Shown in pieces: positions 1-7,745 of a stretch of 64,000 nt of DNA (positions are counted from its first letter, which is position 1; every line of letters begins with the position of its first letter). This DNA is from an uncultured Pseudomonadota bacterium (GTDB taxonomy: Bacteria; Oederibacteriota; Muellerivitia; Muellerivitales; Muellerivitaceae), in contig CAWJKT010000011.1 of the NCBI GenBank assembly GCA_963843375.1, positions 224,001 through 288,000 on the forward strand, written 5' to 3'. The notes beneath the pieces were generated by a model, which saw only the letters and a program-made list of their open reading frames with translations, did not search any database and was not told the DNA's origin. The position numbers and the translations under genes were made by a program.

Positions 1-100
1 TGGCCGTGCCGCCCTTTAAGGCAAAGTGGCCTGACTTTTCAACGTAGGGTAATACCTGTAAAAGAAGCTTCGCTTGCTTGAAGTAACCCGTGTCTTTCAT
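1..100 (-). CDS. abiEii: AbiEii-family nucleotidyltransferase toxin (type IV TA), N-terminal part only; runs off the window
   Basis: Manual translation from ATG at 100 gives MKDTGYFKQAKLLLQVLPYVEKSGHFALKGGTA, containing the (F)ALKGGTA motif of AbiEii/DUF1814 NTases. The ATG overlaps the antitoxin stop (ATGA). Confidence 0.85.
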   Translation of the reverse strand, partial: MKDTGYFKQAKLLLQVLPYVEKSGHFALKGGTA

Positions 101-882
101 GTGGCACTCACAAGGGATTTGGCGGGAACGGTGATTTTGTATTTGGGGTCGAACGTGCCGCCCGGCACCACAACCCTTTTGCCTTTCCCTAAGTCCACTT
201 TTGAAAGGTTAAGACGTTGGAACCAAGAGTGGTTGCTTGCTCGGCCATATAAAGGAAACACCGCTTCACTTTGACGGATTGGCAGGCTTTTAAGAGGGTC
301 GTCACCAAGTCCGGCCTTAAAGTGGAAAGGCCTTCCATCAAATGGGCCGCGCCTTCAAAAGTTGTTTGTTGGGGCATTAACAGCAGGGTTTCGAGCATGG
401 CCCTTTCGGGGGAGGAGAGGGTTATACCGGCTTGCTCGTCCTCGGTAAAACCGAATTCCTTTTTGTAGGGGAGAAAATCCGTTGTTTGGTATTGGATCTT
501 ATTGGCCCAATTAAATTTGAGAAACCAGGAGGGTGGTTTTACCCCTTGGGGGCCAAAGAGATAGACGGGACGGTATGGAATTCATGGGAGCGGTATGGCC
601 GTAACCATGCCACCGCAAGGCGGTTTCACCCCCGGCATGGATAGGGAGGTTAAGCTGTTGTTGGAGGGTGTAGAGGCCACCCGGCCAAAGGGGCTTAACC
701 CCTCCTTCGGTTTTGTAAAAGGCTCCGCCACCGGCTGACTTTAGCCAACCGCCTTTTACATATTCCCGGGCTAAAAACCGACTAACGCCTTTTTGGGTTA
801 GCCACTTTTGAGTGACCATGCCACCATGGCGGGGCCATTCGGTGAGAATTTGGTTTATTTTGCTTTTGTTTTGTGTAGTCAT
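97..882 (-). pseudogene. abiEi: AbiEi-family antitoxin (AbiEi_3 type), split by two single-base frameshifts (~570 and ~235); may be intact in vivo
   Basis: Three frames join into one protein: MTTQNKSKINQILTEWP...IHAGGETALRWHGYGH / VYLFGPQGVKPPSWF...LSSPERAMLE...LRPDLVTTLLKACQSVKVKRCFLYMAE / NHSWFQRLNLSKVDLGKGKRVVVPGGTFDPKYKITVP...*. These are typical AbiEi_3 motifs. Confidence 0.8.
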
Positions 883-957
883 ACTGCACATATTAGCATA
901 ATATTAAACTTTTGACGGACTTTGGTTTATTTAAGCCTTAAAATGTGAGGTTAATAT

Positions 958-999
958 ACACAAAATAGAATATTTCTAAACCATTTTCCTATTTTGTGT
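958..999. promoter_or_regulatory. Inverted repeat upstream of abiEi, candidate AbiEi autoregulatory operator
   Basis: ACACAAAATAG (958-968) / CTATTTTGTGT (989-999), with a related TTTTGTGT near 870. AbiEi proteins are known to bind inverted repeats in their own promoter. Confidence 0.45.
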
Positions 1000-1081
1000 C
1001 ATTTTCTTGATTAGGAAAATAGCTGTTTTTAGGAAAGTTATCAAACCTTTAAAAAATGGTGACCACGGAACAACTAGGCTT

Positions 1082-1111
1082 TGTAAGAAAAACTACTATG
1101 TTTTTCTTACA
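1082..1111. repeat. Perfect 12-6-12 inverted repeat, candidate tyrosine-recombinase core site
   Basis: TGTAAGAAAAAC-TACTAT-GTTTTTCTTACA, with an asymmetric 6-bp spacer. Confidence 0.6.
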
Positions 1112-1176
1112 TGAAAACCAGTCGAAAAAAGAAGAAAGGCATTTCACAAACAGTCCACGGGCTACTTCTAACTCAT

Positions 1177-1360
1177 TGAATGACACCGTTATGACAAGGG
1201 AAGAATTTTAATTGTGGTTTAAGGGTCAGACTCCGACCACAAGAGCACATCGACACCCCCGAAAATAAGGCTTTAAAAGTTCAGTGGACTTTTTGTCCAG
1301 TGGGCTTGTGTACAAGTCAAAATTGCCAAAGCCTTTAGAGTGTCATAACCGTGTCATTCA
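1177..1360. repeat. 20-bp inverted repeat pair (1177-1196 / 1341-1360), each copy with tandem ATGACA motifs
   Basis: TGAATGACACCGTTATGACA versus the reverse complement of 1341-1360, TGAATGACACGGTTATGACA; one mismatch. Confidence 0.7.
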
Positions 1361-1378
1361 TGACCATCATTTCGAGGT

Positions 1379-1412
1379 CTTGACCGTCAGGTGGGGAACT
1401 TGACCGTCAGGT
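1379..1412. repeat. 14-bp direct repeat CTTGACCGTCAGGT x2 (period 20), resembling integrase arm-type sites
   Basis: Exact copies at 1379-1392 and 1399-1412. Confidence 0.7.
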
Positions 1413-1414
1413 AC

Positions 1415-1457
1415 AAAAAAAGCCCTTGCCGTAAGGTCATTACTGGCAAAGGCTTTT
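1415..1457 (-). terminator. Intrinsic terminator downstream of the hybrid tRNA
   Basis: Minus strand reads AAAAGCCTTTGCC...GGCAAGGGCTTTTTTT (hairpin plus T-run). Confidence 0.6.
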
Positions 1458-1493
1458 AAAACGCGCTGAGAGCAACGAAATTTTTTGGAAAAT

Positions 1494-1509
1494 GTCGGGA
1501 GTGCCCGGA
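1494..1509 (-). other. tRNA-Pro-like 3'-end fragment (att-like)
   Basis: Minus strand TCCGGGCACTCCCGAC resembles the T-stem 3' strand, acceptor 3' strand and A discriminator of tRNA-Pro (TCCGGG-CACTCCG-A-C), with one extra C. Confidence 0.45.
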
Positions 1510-1513
1510 CCAA

Positions 1514-1553
1514 ATTTCAAGTCCACTGCCTTACCAATTAGGACTAACCCTCC
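1514..1553 (-). tRNA. 5' half of tRNA-Ser(TGA), truncated just after the anticodon loop
   Basis: Minus strand GGAGGGTTAGTCCTAATTGGTAAGGCAGTGGA-CTTGAAA-T shows the acceptor 5' strand, a D-loop with GG, and an anticodon loop with TGA. The expected CCAC, variable arm and T-arm are missing. Confidence 0.75.
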
Positions 1554-1563
1554 AACCGGCCCA

Positions 1564-1607
1564 ATTGTACCTTTTTTCCGCCAGCCAAGTCAGGGGGCCA
1601 TATTGTA
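1564..1607 (-). promoter_or_regulatory. Tandem -10 boxes (TACAAT x2) upstream of the tRNA-Ser fragment
   Basis: ATTGTA on + at 1564-1569 and 1602-1607. The proximal box is followed by a GC-rich discriminator (TGGGCCGG), as in stable-RNA promoters. Confidence 0.5.
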
Positions 1608-1723
1608 CCCAAATTTCCAGGAGGAACAACCAATTTGACATTAAAGCTCTGTTTAACAATGGAAAAGGGTTTGGGCCAAAGTTCCCTAAAGAGGGGACAG
1701 GCAGGGGTACCAAAATTAACCCG

Positions 1724-2698
1724 CTATTCTATTTTTTTACCATCAGGGGAAAAATCATCGCTCTTGGACATATCGAAGCTGTAAATCCCAATAAATAAAC
1801 CGGATCGCCTCACCACTCGAATTCGGTCCAATTGATCTAACCGGGGGTAAACGGCTCTGACCGTCTGAATAACCTTTTGGTCCTCCGCCTGGCAATAATC
1901 CGTATCCTCAAATTTCTTTTTTTCCAGGAAACCGCTAACAATGAGTGTTTTCACCGTGTTGCCAGAATTTTTCCCAATGTTGAGCTTAATCTGGACGGAA
2001 GTTAAGTCGGTTGAGCGGGCGACAGCTTGCTGAGTTTTGAGAAGATCTACAAAGGACATCCCCATGTTTTTCAAGAAAGTATGAGAAGTAATAAAAATCA
2101 CCCCCAATGCGATCAAGGAACTCAGTATCCAAAGAAGGTAAGCGTTACGAACTCCTTCCGGGTTCCGTTCTTCTACGTTCATCAGTTCTTTCGTATAAGA
2201 TCCTTTTCGAACCACAATTGAACCTGCGATTAAATCATGGAGCCCCCTCTTCAAGGGATGGAACGGAATCATGAAAATGCAACCGAATAAAAGAATAATA
2301 ATGAAAGCCAAAAAAATGTAATCAACAATCTCTGAATCAGGAAATAACAAGCCGAGGACCGTTCCAAAGGAACTGTTGTACGCAATCAAAGCGATGAGGG
2401 TGTAACGCAAAAACGATTTGGGAAGACTCAAGTAACCTCCATCGAGCCTAAGAACTTGTATTTTAAGAATTTTTTTTGCCAAGCTTTGACCCTCTCCCAA
2501 AGAACTCTGAAGAAGACCTGTATAAAAAAAGGAAACAACCAACCCAACCCATAAACCATTTTGCCCCATAGCGTAAAAAATGCCCGAAAAGGGTAGACAT
2601 AAGACCGCCCCGAAAATAGCCAGGAAAAATGCGTCTATTATGTCCGAGAGCAATCTTTTCCAAAAGCCGACAACCACAGGCGTATCCAGCCTTTTCAT
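1724..2698 (-). CDS. RDD family membrane protein with C-terminal extracytoplasmic domain
   Basis: GFWKRLLSDIID, GQSLAKKILKIQV and KRGLHDLIAGSIVV RDD motifs; several TM segments. Confidence 0.85.
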   Translation of the reverse strand: MKRLDTPVVVGFWKRLLSDIIDAFFLAIFGAVLCLPFSGIFYAMGQNGLWVGLVVSFFYTGLLQSSLGEGQSLAKKILKIQVLRLDGGYLSLPKSFLRYTLIALIAYNSSFGTVLGLLFPDSEIVDYIFLAFIIILLFGCIFMIPFHPLKRGLHDLIAGSIVVRKGSYTKELMNVEERNPEGVRNAYLLWILSSLIALGVIFITSHTFLKNMGMSFVDLLKTQQAVARSTDLTSVQIKLNIGKNSGNTVKTLIVSGFLEKKKFEDTDYCQAEDQKVIQTVRAVYPRLDQLDRIRVVRRSGLFIGIYSFDMSKSDDFSPDGKKIE

Positions 2699-3021
2699 TT
2701 TTTTCCTTAATTTTGGTTTAGAAGTTCATCCTGCAAAAGCGCCAACTTGCTTTTGGTTTATGTGATTGTAACCTTCGATCCAATTATCAGCTAACAATGC
2801 CCAACTTTCAGCCACTTCTTTCACGGGGTTTTATAGAAGTTTGGGGCAAAGCCCAAGGAGAAGGAAATGTGTCGAAGATGACGGAAGGTAGCCGGGGCTG
2901 GGGGAAGGTTGATAAAGGAAAGTTTGTTAGGAACCCCAATTGGGGGACCAATATTTAAGCCGGCTTAATTGGTAGCTATAAAATATTTTTCCGTCATAAA
3001 AGGGAAGCTCAAGCCAGGATC

Positions 3022-3050
3022 ATCCGGGGGCGGCCCATCCGCCCCCGGAT
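3022..3050. terminator. Strong GC hairpin just downstream of the 3061-3315 gene
   Basis: ATCCGGGGGCGG-CCCAT-CCGCCCCCGGAT; no clear U-tract. Confidence 0.45.
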
Positions 3051-3060
3051 AGGACCTTTC

Positions 3061-3315
3061 TTACGGTCGATGGTCGTGGTAGTGATGATGGTAGGGGTGC
3101 CTGCGACAATAACGGCCCCAGGCCGCCCGGCTGTAATAATGCCCACCGTACCAGCAGTAGATGCCGGGACGGCCGGAAATCACCCGGAATCCCGGGAAGG
3201 CCACTGTGGCGGCCACCGGTGGGCCGTCAACGGCCACGACGACCTCCACGGCGGAGGCTGTACCGATAGTGCCAAATAAAACCAACAATCCCAAAACCAA
3301 AGTAAGCTTTTTCAT
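3061..3315 (-). CDS. Small secreted protein with His/Arg/Tyr-rich tail
   Basis: GAGGAGG RBS; signal peptide MKKLTLVLGLLVLFGTIGTASA; C-terminus HPYHHHYHDHRP. Confidence 0.8.
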   Translation of the reverse strand: MKKLTLVLGLLVLFGTIGTASAVEVVVAVDGPPVAATVAFPGFRVISGRPGIYCWYGGHYYSRAAWGRYCRRHPYHHHYHDHRP

Positions 3316-3471
3316 TGTTTCCTCCTCGAAGGCTTATTTTGTCCTTCACTAGTTGAGACGAAAGAAGGGGCCCGAAGGGTTTCATGGGAAAATAAGGGTT
3401 TTTTATAAAATATTTCGGACCTATGCACTTGGCGAACCTTGTTCTAATGACGTATCTAGGCATTAGGCCGT

Positions 3472-3582
3472 TTCTTAATTACACAATAAGGCGATATCGT
3501 GTAATTAAGAATTTACTTAATAGAAGTTGATGCTTTAGATTTTTATGACATCCTTTAATAAGCGGGTTCGTTATTAAAGGAT
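3472..3582. repeat. Two long AT-rich palindromes in a divergent intergenic region
   Basis: TTCTTAATTACAC-N14-GTGTAATTAAGAA (3472-3511) and ATCCTTTAATAA-N9-TTATTAAAGGAT (3550-3582). Confidence 0.7.
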
Positions 3583-3684
3583 CAGGTTTTAACCTTTAAT
3601 AATATCCCTCGAAATAGAGGTGGGAAGCGGTTAGTAAATGATCAAGGCCGATCCAAGTTTGAAATCCAAAACGAGGTGGTGGAA

Positions 3685-4083
3685 ATGAAAACCATTATTC
3701 ACAAGGTTAAATTTAAGGCTTCACCACAAGAAGTATTCAATTTATTCCTGGATTCAAAAAAACATTCCGAGGCAACGGGCGCTAAAGCCACCGCTAACCG
3801 CAAGATTGGCGGATCTTTTACGGCCTGGGACGGATATATCCGGGGGAAAAACCTGGCAATCATTCCCGGCCGTATGATCACCCAAGCCTGGAGGACCAGC
3901 GAGTTCAAAAATAGCGACCACGATTCGGTTTTGGTGCTGACTTTTGAGAAGGCACCCGGTGGAACCCTCATGACTATGACGCACACCGCCGTTCCAGATC
4001 ATCGGGCACCTCATTTCAACAAAGGCTGGCGCGACCACTATTGGAAGCCCATTCATAAATATCTGAAATTGAAGAAAAAATAA
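3685..4083 (+). CDS. SRPBCC / AHSA1-like START-domain protein
   Basis: FKASPQEVF, GGSFTAWDGYIRG, ITQAWR and GWRDHYW pattern of the Aha1 C-terminal domain; GAGGTGG RBS. Confidence 0.85.
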   Translation: MKTIIHKVKFKASPQEVFNLFLDSKKHSEATGAKATANRKIGGSFTAWDGYIRGKNLAIIPGRMITQAWRTSEFKNSDHDSVLVLTFEKAPGGTLMTMTHTAVPDHRAPHFNKGWRDHYWKPIHKYLKLKKK

Positions 4084-4182
4084 ATTCCCTCTTCCCTGAC
4101 ACTTACGGATCCTCAAGATTCATTAAAAACAGGTGCGAGTTTTTCCTTTCAATCCCAGAACTTTTTTACCAAGGAGATTTAA

Positions 4183-4644
4183 ATGCCTCACATCCACGAC
4201 AAAATTGATTTCACTGTTTCGATTTTTATCGTCAAGAACCAAAAAGTCCTCTTCGTTTTCCATAAACAATTGAACCGTTGGCTTCCCATTGGAGGACATA
4301 TTGAACTGGATGAGAATCCCGAAGAGGCGGCAATCCGGGAATCCCGGGAGGAAAGCGGCTTGGAGGTGGAACTGGTTGGCGACCGCCCTTCCATAGAAAA
4401 GGAAGAGGGATTTATTCCTCTCTTAAATACCCAATACCTGGACATCCATCTAATCAAAAAACCGCACTGGCATATCGGAATGGTTTATTTCGCCCGGGTG
4501 AAATCCGGTGAGGTGAAATTAAACGTTGAGGAACACAAAGATATCCAGTGGTTGGGGGAGAAGGATTTGGAAGATCCAAAGTGGGACTTATCAAAGCCGC
4601 TCAAATTCTATGCTCAACAAGCGATCAAAAAGGTTTCCGCCTGA
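4183..4644 (+). CDS. NUDIX hydrolase
   Basis: Nudix box GGHIELDENPEEAAIRESREESGL; AAGGAG RBS. Confidence 0.92.
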   Translation: MPHIHDKIDFTVSIFIVKNQKVLFVFHKQLNRWLPIGGHIELDENPEEAAIRESREESGLEVELVGDRPSIEKEEGFIPLLNTQYLDIHLIKKPHWHIGMVYFARVKSGEVKLNVEEHKDIQWLGEKDLEDPKWDLSKPLKFYAQQAIKKVSA

Positions 4645-4647
4645 ATT

Positions 4648-5190
4648 TTAATGGATCTTGTGAACCTTGATCTGGCTGACCAGCATTTTCAGTTGTTTGG
4701 CCGCGTCGAAGATGCGATCATCCCGGTAAAACTCCCCGTAATATATATTCTTGATCCCCGCGTTGGCCACGATCTTGAAGCAGTTCCAACAAGGCGACGC
4801 GGTGATGTAAATGTCGGCGCCATCCACCCTAACCCCATTTTTGGCAGCTTGGATGATGGCATTGGCCTCGGCATGAATGGTTGCGACGCAATGACCATCC
4901 TCCATCATATGCCCCAAATCGTCACAATGGGGTAGACCCCGCACGCTTCCGTTATAGCCGGTGGAGAGAATGGTCTTGTCACGAACAATGACGGCTCCCA
5001 CGTGTTTTCGGTCACAGGTGGAACGAGTCGCCACTTCCGCGGCGATATTCATGAAATACTGGTGCCAATCCACACGAGTGCGTTTGGAAGTTTTGTTTGT
5101 GGTTTTTTTCAAGCGAGAAACGGGAGTTTTGCGGTTTTTTAGGCGATGGAAGTGATCTCTCTTAAATTTGATATTCATTCGTGAAGCCAT
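4648..5190 (-). CDS. dCMP deaminase family protein (ComEB-like) with basic N-terminal extension
   Basis: WHQYFMNIA..VATRSTC, TGYNG, HAEANA and PCWNC zinc motifs. Confidence 0.92.
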   Translation of the reverse strand: MASRMNIKFKRDHFHRLKNRKTPVSRLKKTTNKTSKRTRVDWHQYFMNIAAEVATRSTCDRKHVGAVIVRDKTILSTGYNGSVRGLPHCDDLGHMMEDGHCVATIHAEANAIIQAAKNGVRVDGADIYITASPCWNCFKIVANAGIKNIYYGEFYRDDRIFDAAKQLKMLVSQIKVHKIH

Positions 5191-5201
5191 GAAGCTCCTT
5201 C

Positions 5202-6044
5202 TTACCTGGGGTCTACCGCGTAAATTTGAATTTTTCGGTTTGGATGCCAGTGTTCCTTAGAATCGGCCAACCGGGGGAGCCCTTCGGCGTCTCCGGTGTT
5301 TATCCAGGTGTGAGTTTCCAACTGGCGGCAAATATTGGTAAATATATAAGCGGACAAGCCTTTGACCGTCAAGTCCGTAACTTCAAGGTAGATCCCATAA
5401 GTTTCCAAGCCCAAGGAAGCCCCAAGGGAGTATGCGGCCAAGCGGTTTTCCAGCATGACCACCCAGGCATCCATGCCCCAATTATCGCCTTGCATGAGGG
5501 CGCGATAGTGTGCCTTTTGGGCAGAAAGCAACATAGTTTCTCCTATTTCCCCTTTGAGGCCGGGTAAGCGTTGCTTTTTCCAAATTTCAAACAAGTTTCG
5601 GCAAGATTCAAGATCGCTTATTCGGTAAGGTCTTAGGACTACCGAGTGTTCCTTTAATAAATAATTTATCTCAGCCCTTTTGGCTCGGTACGAATCACCA
5701 TGAAGGCCAGCTAATAGACTTCGGTCATAAAGATATTCCGCGCAGACAGGTCGAGTAGAAAATCCCCATTCCTCAGCTTGCTTTTTTTGTTCTTCGGTCA
5801 AACCTTCAATACGAGAAATACCCGGGCCCGGGCCATTCAACTTTTTCATGTAGGCAAATGCAGTTTTTAGATTATCCACCGTGAAGGGTTTTGGCGGAAT
5901 TGGAAAGTAAACATACTTATCATAGAAAGCGAGGATGGAATTAAAGCCGCTTTTGGTAGCCAAGGCATAAGCGAACTCATCCTGCCACATAAGAAACGAA
6001 GGAAGGGAAGAAGACAAGGCGGGAGCGGGGGAAAAAACGGCCAA
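5202..6044 (-). CDS. DUF2156 / phosphatidylglycerol lysyltransferase C-terminal-like protein (aminoacyl-tRNA-dependent GNAT fold); true start probably ~6097 with an indel
   Basis: EYLYDRSLLAGLHGDSYRAKRAEIN and KGLSAYIF...WINTGDAEGLPRLADSKEHWHP match the DUF2156 pattern. The frame stays open upstream to ~6110, and an ATG at 6097 is one base out of frame next to a T7 run. Confidence 0.78.
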   Translation of the reverse strand: MAVFSPAPALSSSLPSFLMWQDEFAYALATKSGFNSILAFYDKYVYFPIPPKPFTVDNLKTAFAYMKKLNGPGPGISRIEGLTEEQKKQAEEWGFSTRPVCAEYLYDRSLLAGLHGDSYRAKRAEINYLLKEHSVVLRPYRISDLESCRNLFEIWKKQRLPGLKGEIGETMLLSAQKAHYRALMQGDNWGMDAWVVMLENRLAAYSLGASLGLETYGIYLEVTDLTVKGLSAYIFTNICRQLETHTWINTGDAEGLPRLADSKEHWHPNRKIQIYAVDPR

Positions 6045-6132
6045 AGCCTGTTCCAGGCTAGCGTTCAGCGGTTCCAGCGAATCAAAAAAACTGGCATGAG
6101 ACTTGAGAAATTAAGGGCAAGGGTTTATCCGT

Positions 6133-6168
6133 AAAATAAAAATCCCAGGCGGTTTAGGCCGCCTGGGA
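6133..6168 (-). terminator. Intrinsic terminator between the NERD and DUF2156 genes
   Basis: TCCCAGGCGG/CCGCCTGGGA stem followed on the minus strand by TTTTTATTTT. Confidence 0.7.
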
Positions 6169-6179
6169 ATCAACTTGAG

Positions 6180-6933
6180 TTATTGGCCGGTTAAAACCCG
6201 CGCGATCTCACGACGTAAACCATAACTCAACCGGTGGGCCCTGGAAGGCGGCCGGTAATTGGCCAGAAACTGTGGCAGGCTGTTTAAGTCCACGACACCG
6301 CGCTCATGGCTGATAACAGCGGAAGCATCGCCCTGAGGATGGGCGAAAACCACGACGCCCTGGATCCAAATTTGGGAACATTCCTGGGCCCAACGGGGAG
6401 CCAGGTTAGATTCCAAATGACTGCGCAAATGGTAAATCTGCGTCGCCACTTGTTTGAGAGGGTTGTAAAAGCCCCGTTTATAACGGGAACGGGTTTTATG
6501 GGCCCGCTTATGAAGGGTCCATTCCCGGTCTAAAGCCTCTCCGGCGATCCTGCCCCGCAGATACTTGGTCTCAATAACAAACATGGTGTTGTGGGTGATC
6601 AGCAAGTGGTCCAGTTCCCTCGGCTTTTCACCGGATTCGAACTGGACGGAATGAAGCACCCGCGCATCCATCGGTAAGTTATCCAGGACCTTGGCGACCA
6701 TGGCTTCGCCCTGAGATCCTTCGCCCACAATGCGTCCGCGATGCCTATAGACCGTAAAGGCCCAGTAACCAACCCCTAAAAAGATCGGCAGCCAGGACAA
6801 AACGCAAAGCCCAATGTTCAAAATGAATGGCCACGCCCACGGCCACGGCCACCAAAACAATCGTTATCCATTTCCAACGAGTCACCCACCGCATCGCCCG
6901 AGGCGGTTGCAGCTTTTGTAAAGTGGCGACCAT
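6180..6933 (-). CDS. Membrane-anchored NERD (nuclease-related domain) protein; probable frameshift near 6800
   Basis: GSQGEAMV, ELDHLLI, FVIETK and NPLKQV NERD motifs. ATG at 6933 (4 nt after the upstream stop) encodes a TM N-terminus that joins the NERD frame at a T4 run near 6798-6802. Confidence 0.8.
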
Positions 6934-6937
6934 AAAT

Positions 6938-7462
6938 CTAAGCCTTTCCCAGCGACAGCTCTCGCACCTCCACAACCTCTTCCTGAAATTCGCTAATAAA
7001 TCGAGGATATTTTCGAATGAGGGACGACAGGGTTGTGCTTTCCAAGTATCGCTGAATCGAATCTAAATAGTTCTTCAACTTCGCGGCCACTTGAGGCCGC
7101 TTCAGGGCCGGACACTTCGTGTCCGCCCCCACCAGCACTTTCCGGTGATCTTCACTATGCATGATCACCGCGGGGTACATCGAACAATCCAGGGGACGGG
7201 CCTCATAAACCTGGCACGTATGATCCTCAGGATTGAAAAACGAACAGGCAAACCCATGCCCGCATTTCACGAGTTCGGCCTTGGAGGCTTGGCCCTGGGC
7301 CGCCTCCCTGAATGAACCTCTTGATTTGATGAATTCGGCCTGGCTTCTTTCCTCCGGGAAAAAGAAAGGGGAAAGGGTTGCCTGCTTTTCGGGGAAGCGG
7401 CAGCATACCGGGCATTCAAGGCAAATTTCACTGGGAATAAGTTGGGGCAACTGGGGATGCAT
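6938..7462 (-). CDS. YkgJ family cysteine-cluster protein (CxxCxxCC, Zn/Fe-chelating)
   Basis: CLECPVCC ... CSFF ... CQVYEARPLDCSMYP. Confidence 0.88.
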   Translation of the reverse strand: MHPQLPQLIPSEICLECPVCCRFPEKQATLSPFFFPEERSQAEFIKSRGSFREAAQGQASKAELVKCGHGFACSFFNPEDHTCQVYEARPLDCSMYPAVIMHSEDHRKVLVGADTKCPALKRPQVAAKLKNYLDSIQRYLESTTLSSLIRKYPRFISEFQEEVVEVRELSLGKA

Positions 7463-7474
7463 GAAGTCCTTGGG

Positions 7475-7666
7475 TTAGAGGTTGTAAATACCCACGCCGA
7501 CGGTGACTAGGCCCCCAATAATCAATAAAGGGGCGAGGGTCATGGATCCGGTGGCCAAAAACATATAACCCGCGACCAGAATGCCGACTCCAGCGCCCAA
7601 GGTGATTTTGCCTTCTTTGCTCATTTTGGGTTCAACGGTTTGCGGTTTAATGATTTTTTCGACCAC
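7475..7666 (-). CDS. Small two-TM membrane protein (DUF3098-like)
   Basis: GGAGG RBS; GILVAGYMFLA...TLAPLLIIGG hydrophobic hairpin. Confidence 0.65.
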   Translation of the reverse strand: MVEKIIKPQTVEPKMSKEGKITLGAGVGILVAGYMFLATGSMTLAPLLIIGGLVTVGVGIYNL

Positions 7667-7745
7667 GAAGTTTCCTCCGATTGTGGATTGATCGTTAATT
7701 ATTGTACCAGAGGCCTTAGAAAAAGTTATAGGAAGGAATCGCCAA

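Larger units (their letters stand above)
1..1513. mobile_element. Probable end of an integrated element (genomic island or ICE-like) inserted at tRNA-Ser
   Basis: AbiE TA cargo, several recombinase-type repeats at 1082-1412, and a boundary at a truncated tRNA-Ser fused to a tRNA-Pro-like 3' fragment. No integrase gene is visible in the window. Confidence 0.55.

Noticed and set aside
1056..1211. ~51-codon ORF on + across the repeat region
   Set aside because: No RBS or recognisable motif, and it overlaps DNA sites that explain the sequence better.
2725..2825. ~32-codon minus-strand ORF (VKEVAESWALLADNW...) as a possible gene remnant
   Set aside because: Too short to assign by eye.
2840..2905. 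c-di-GMP-I riboswitch-like fragments (GCAAAGCCC...AGGTAGCCGGGGCT)
   Set aside because: There is no P2 stem with a GAAA tetraloop and no downstream gene on that strand.
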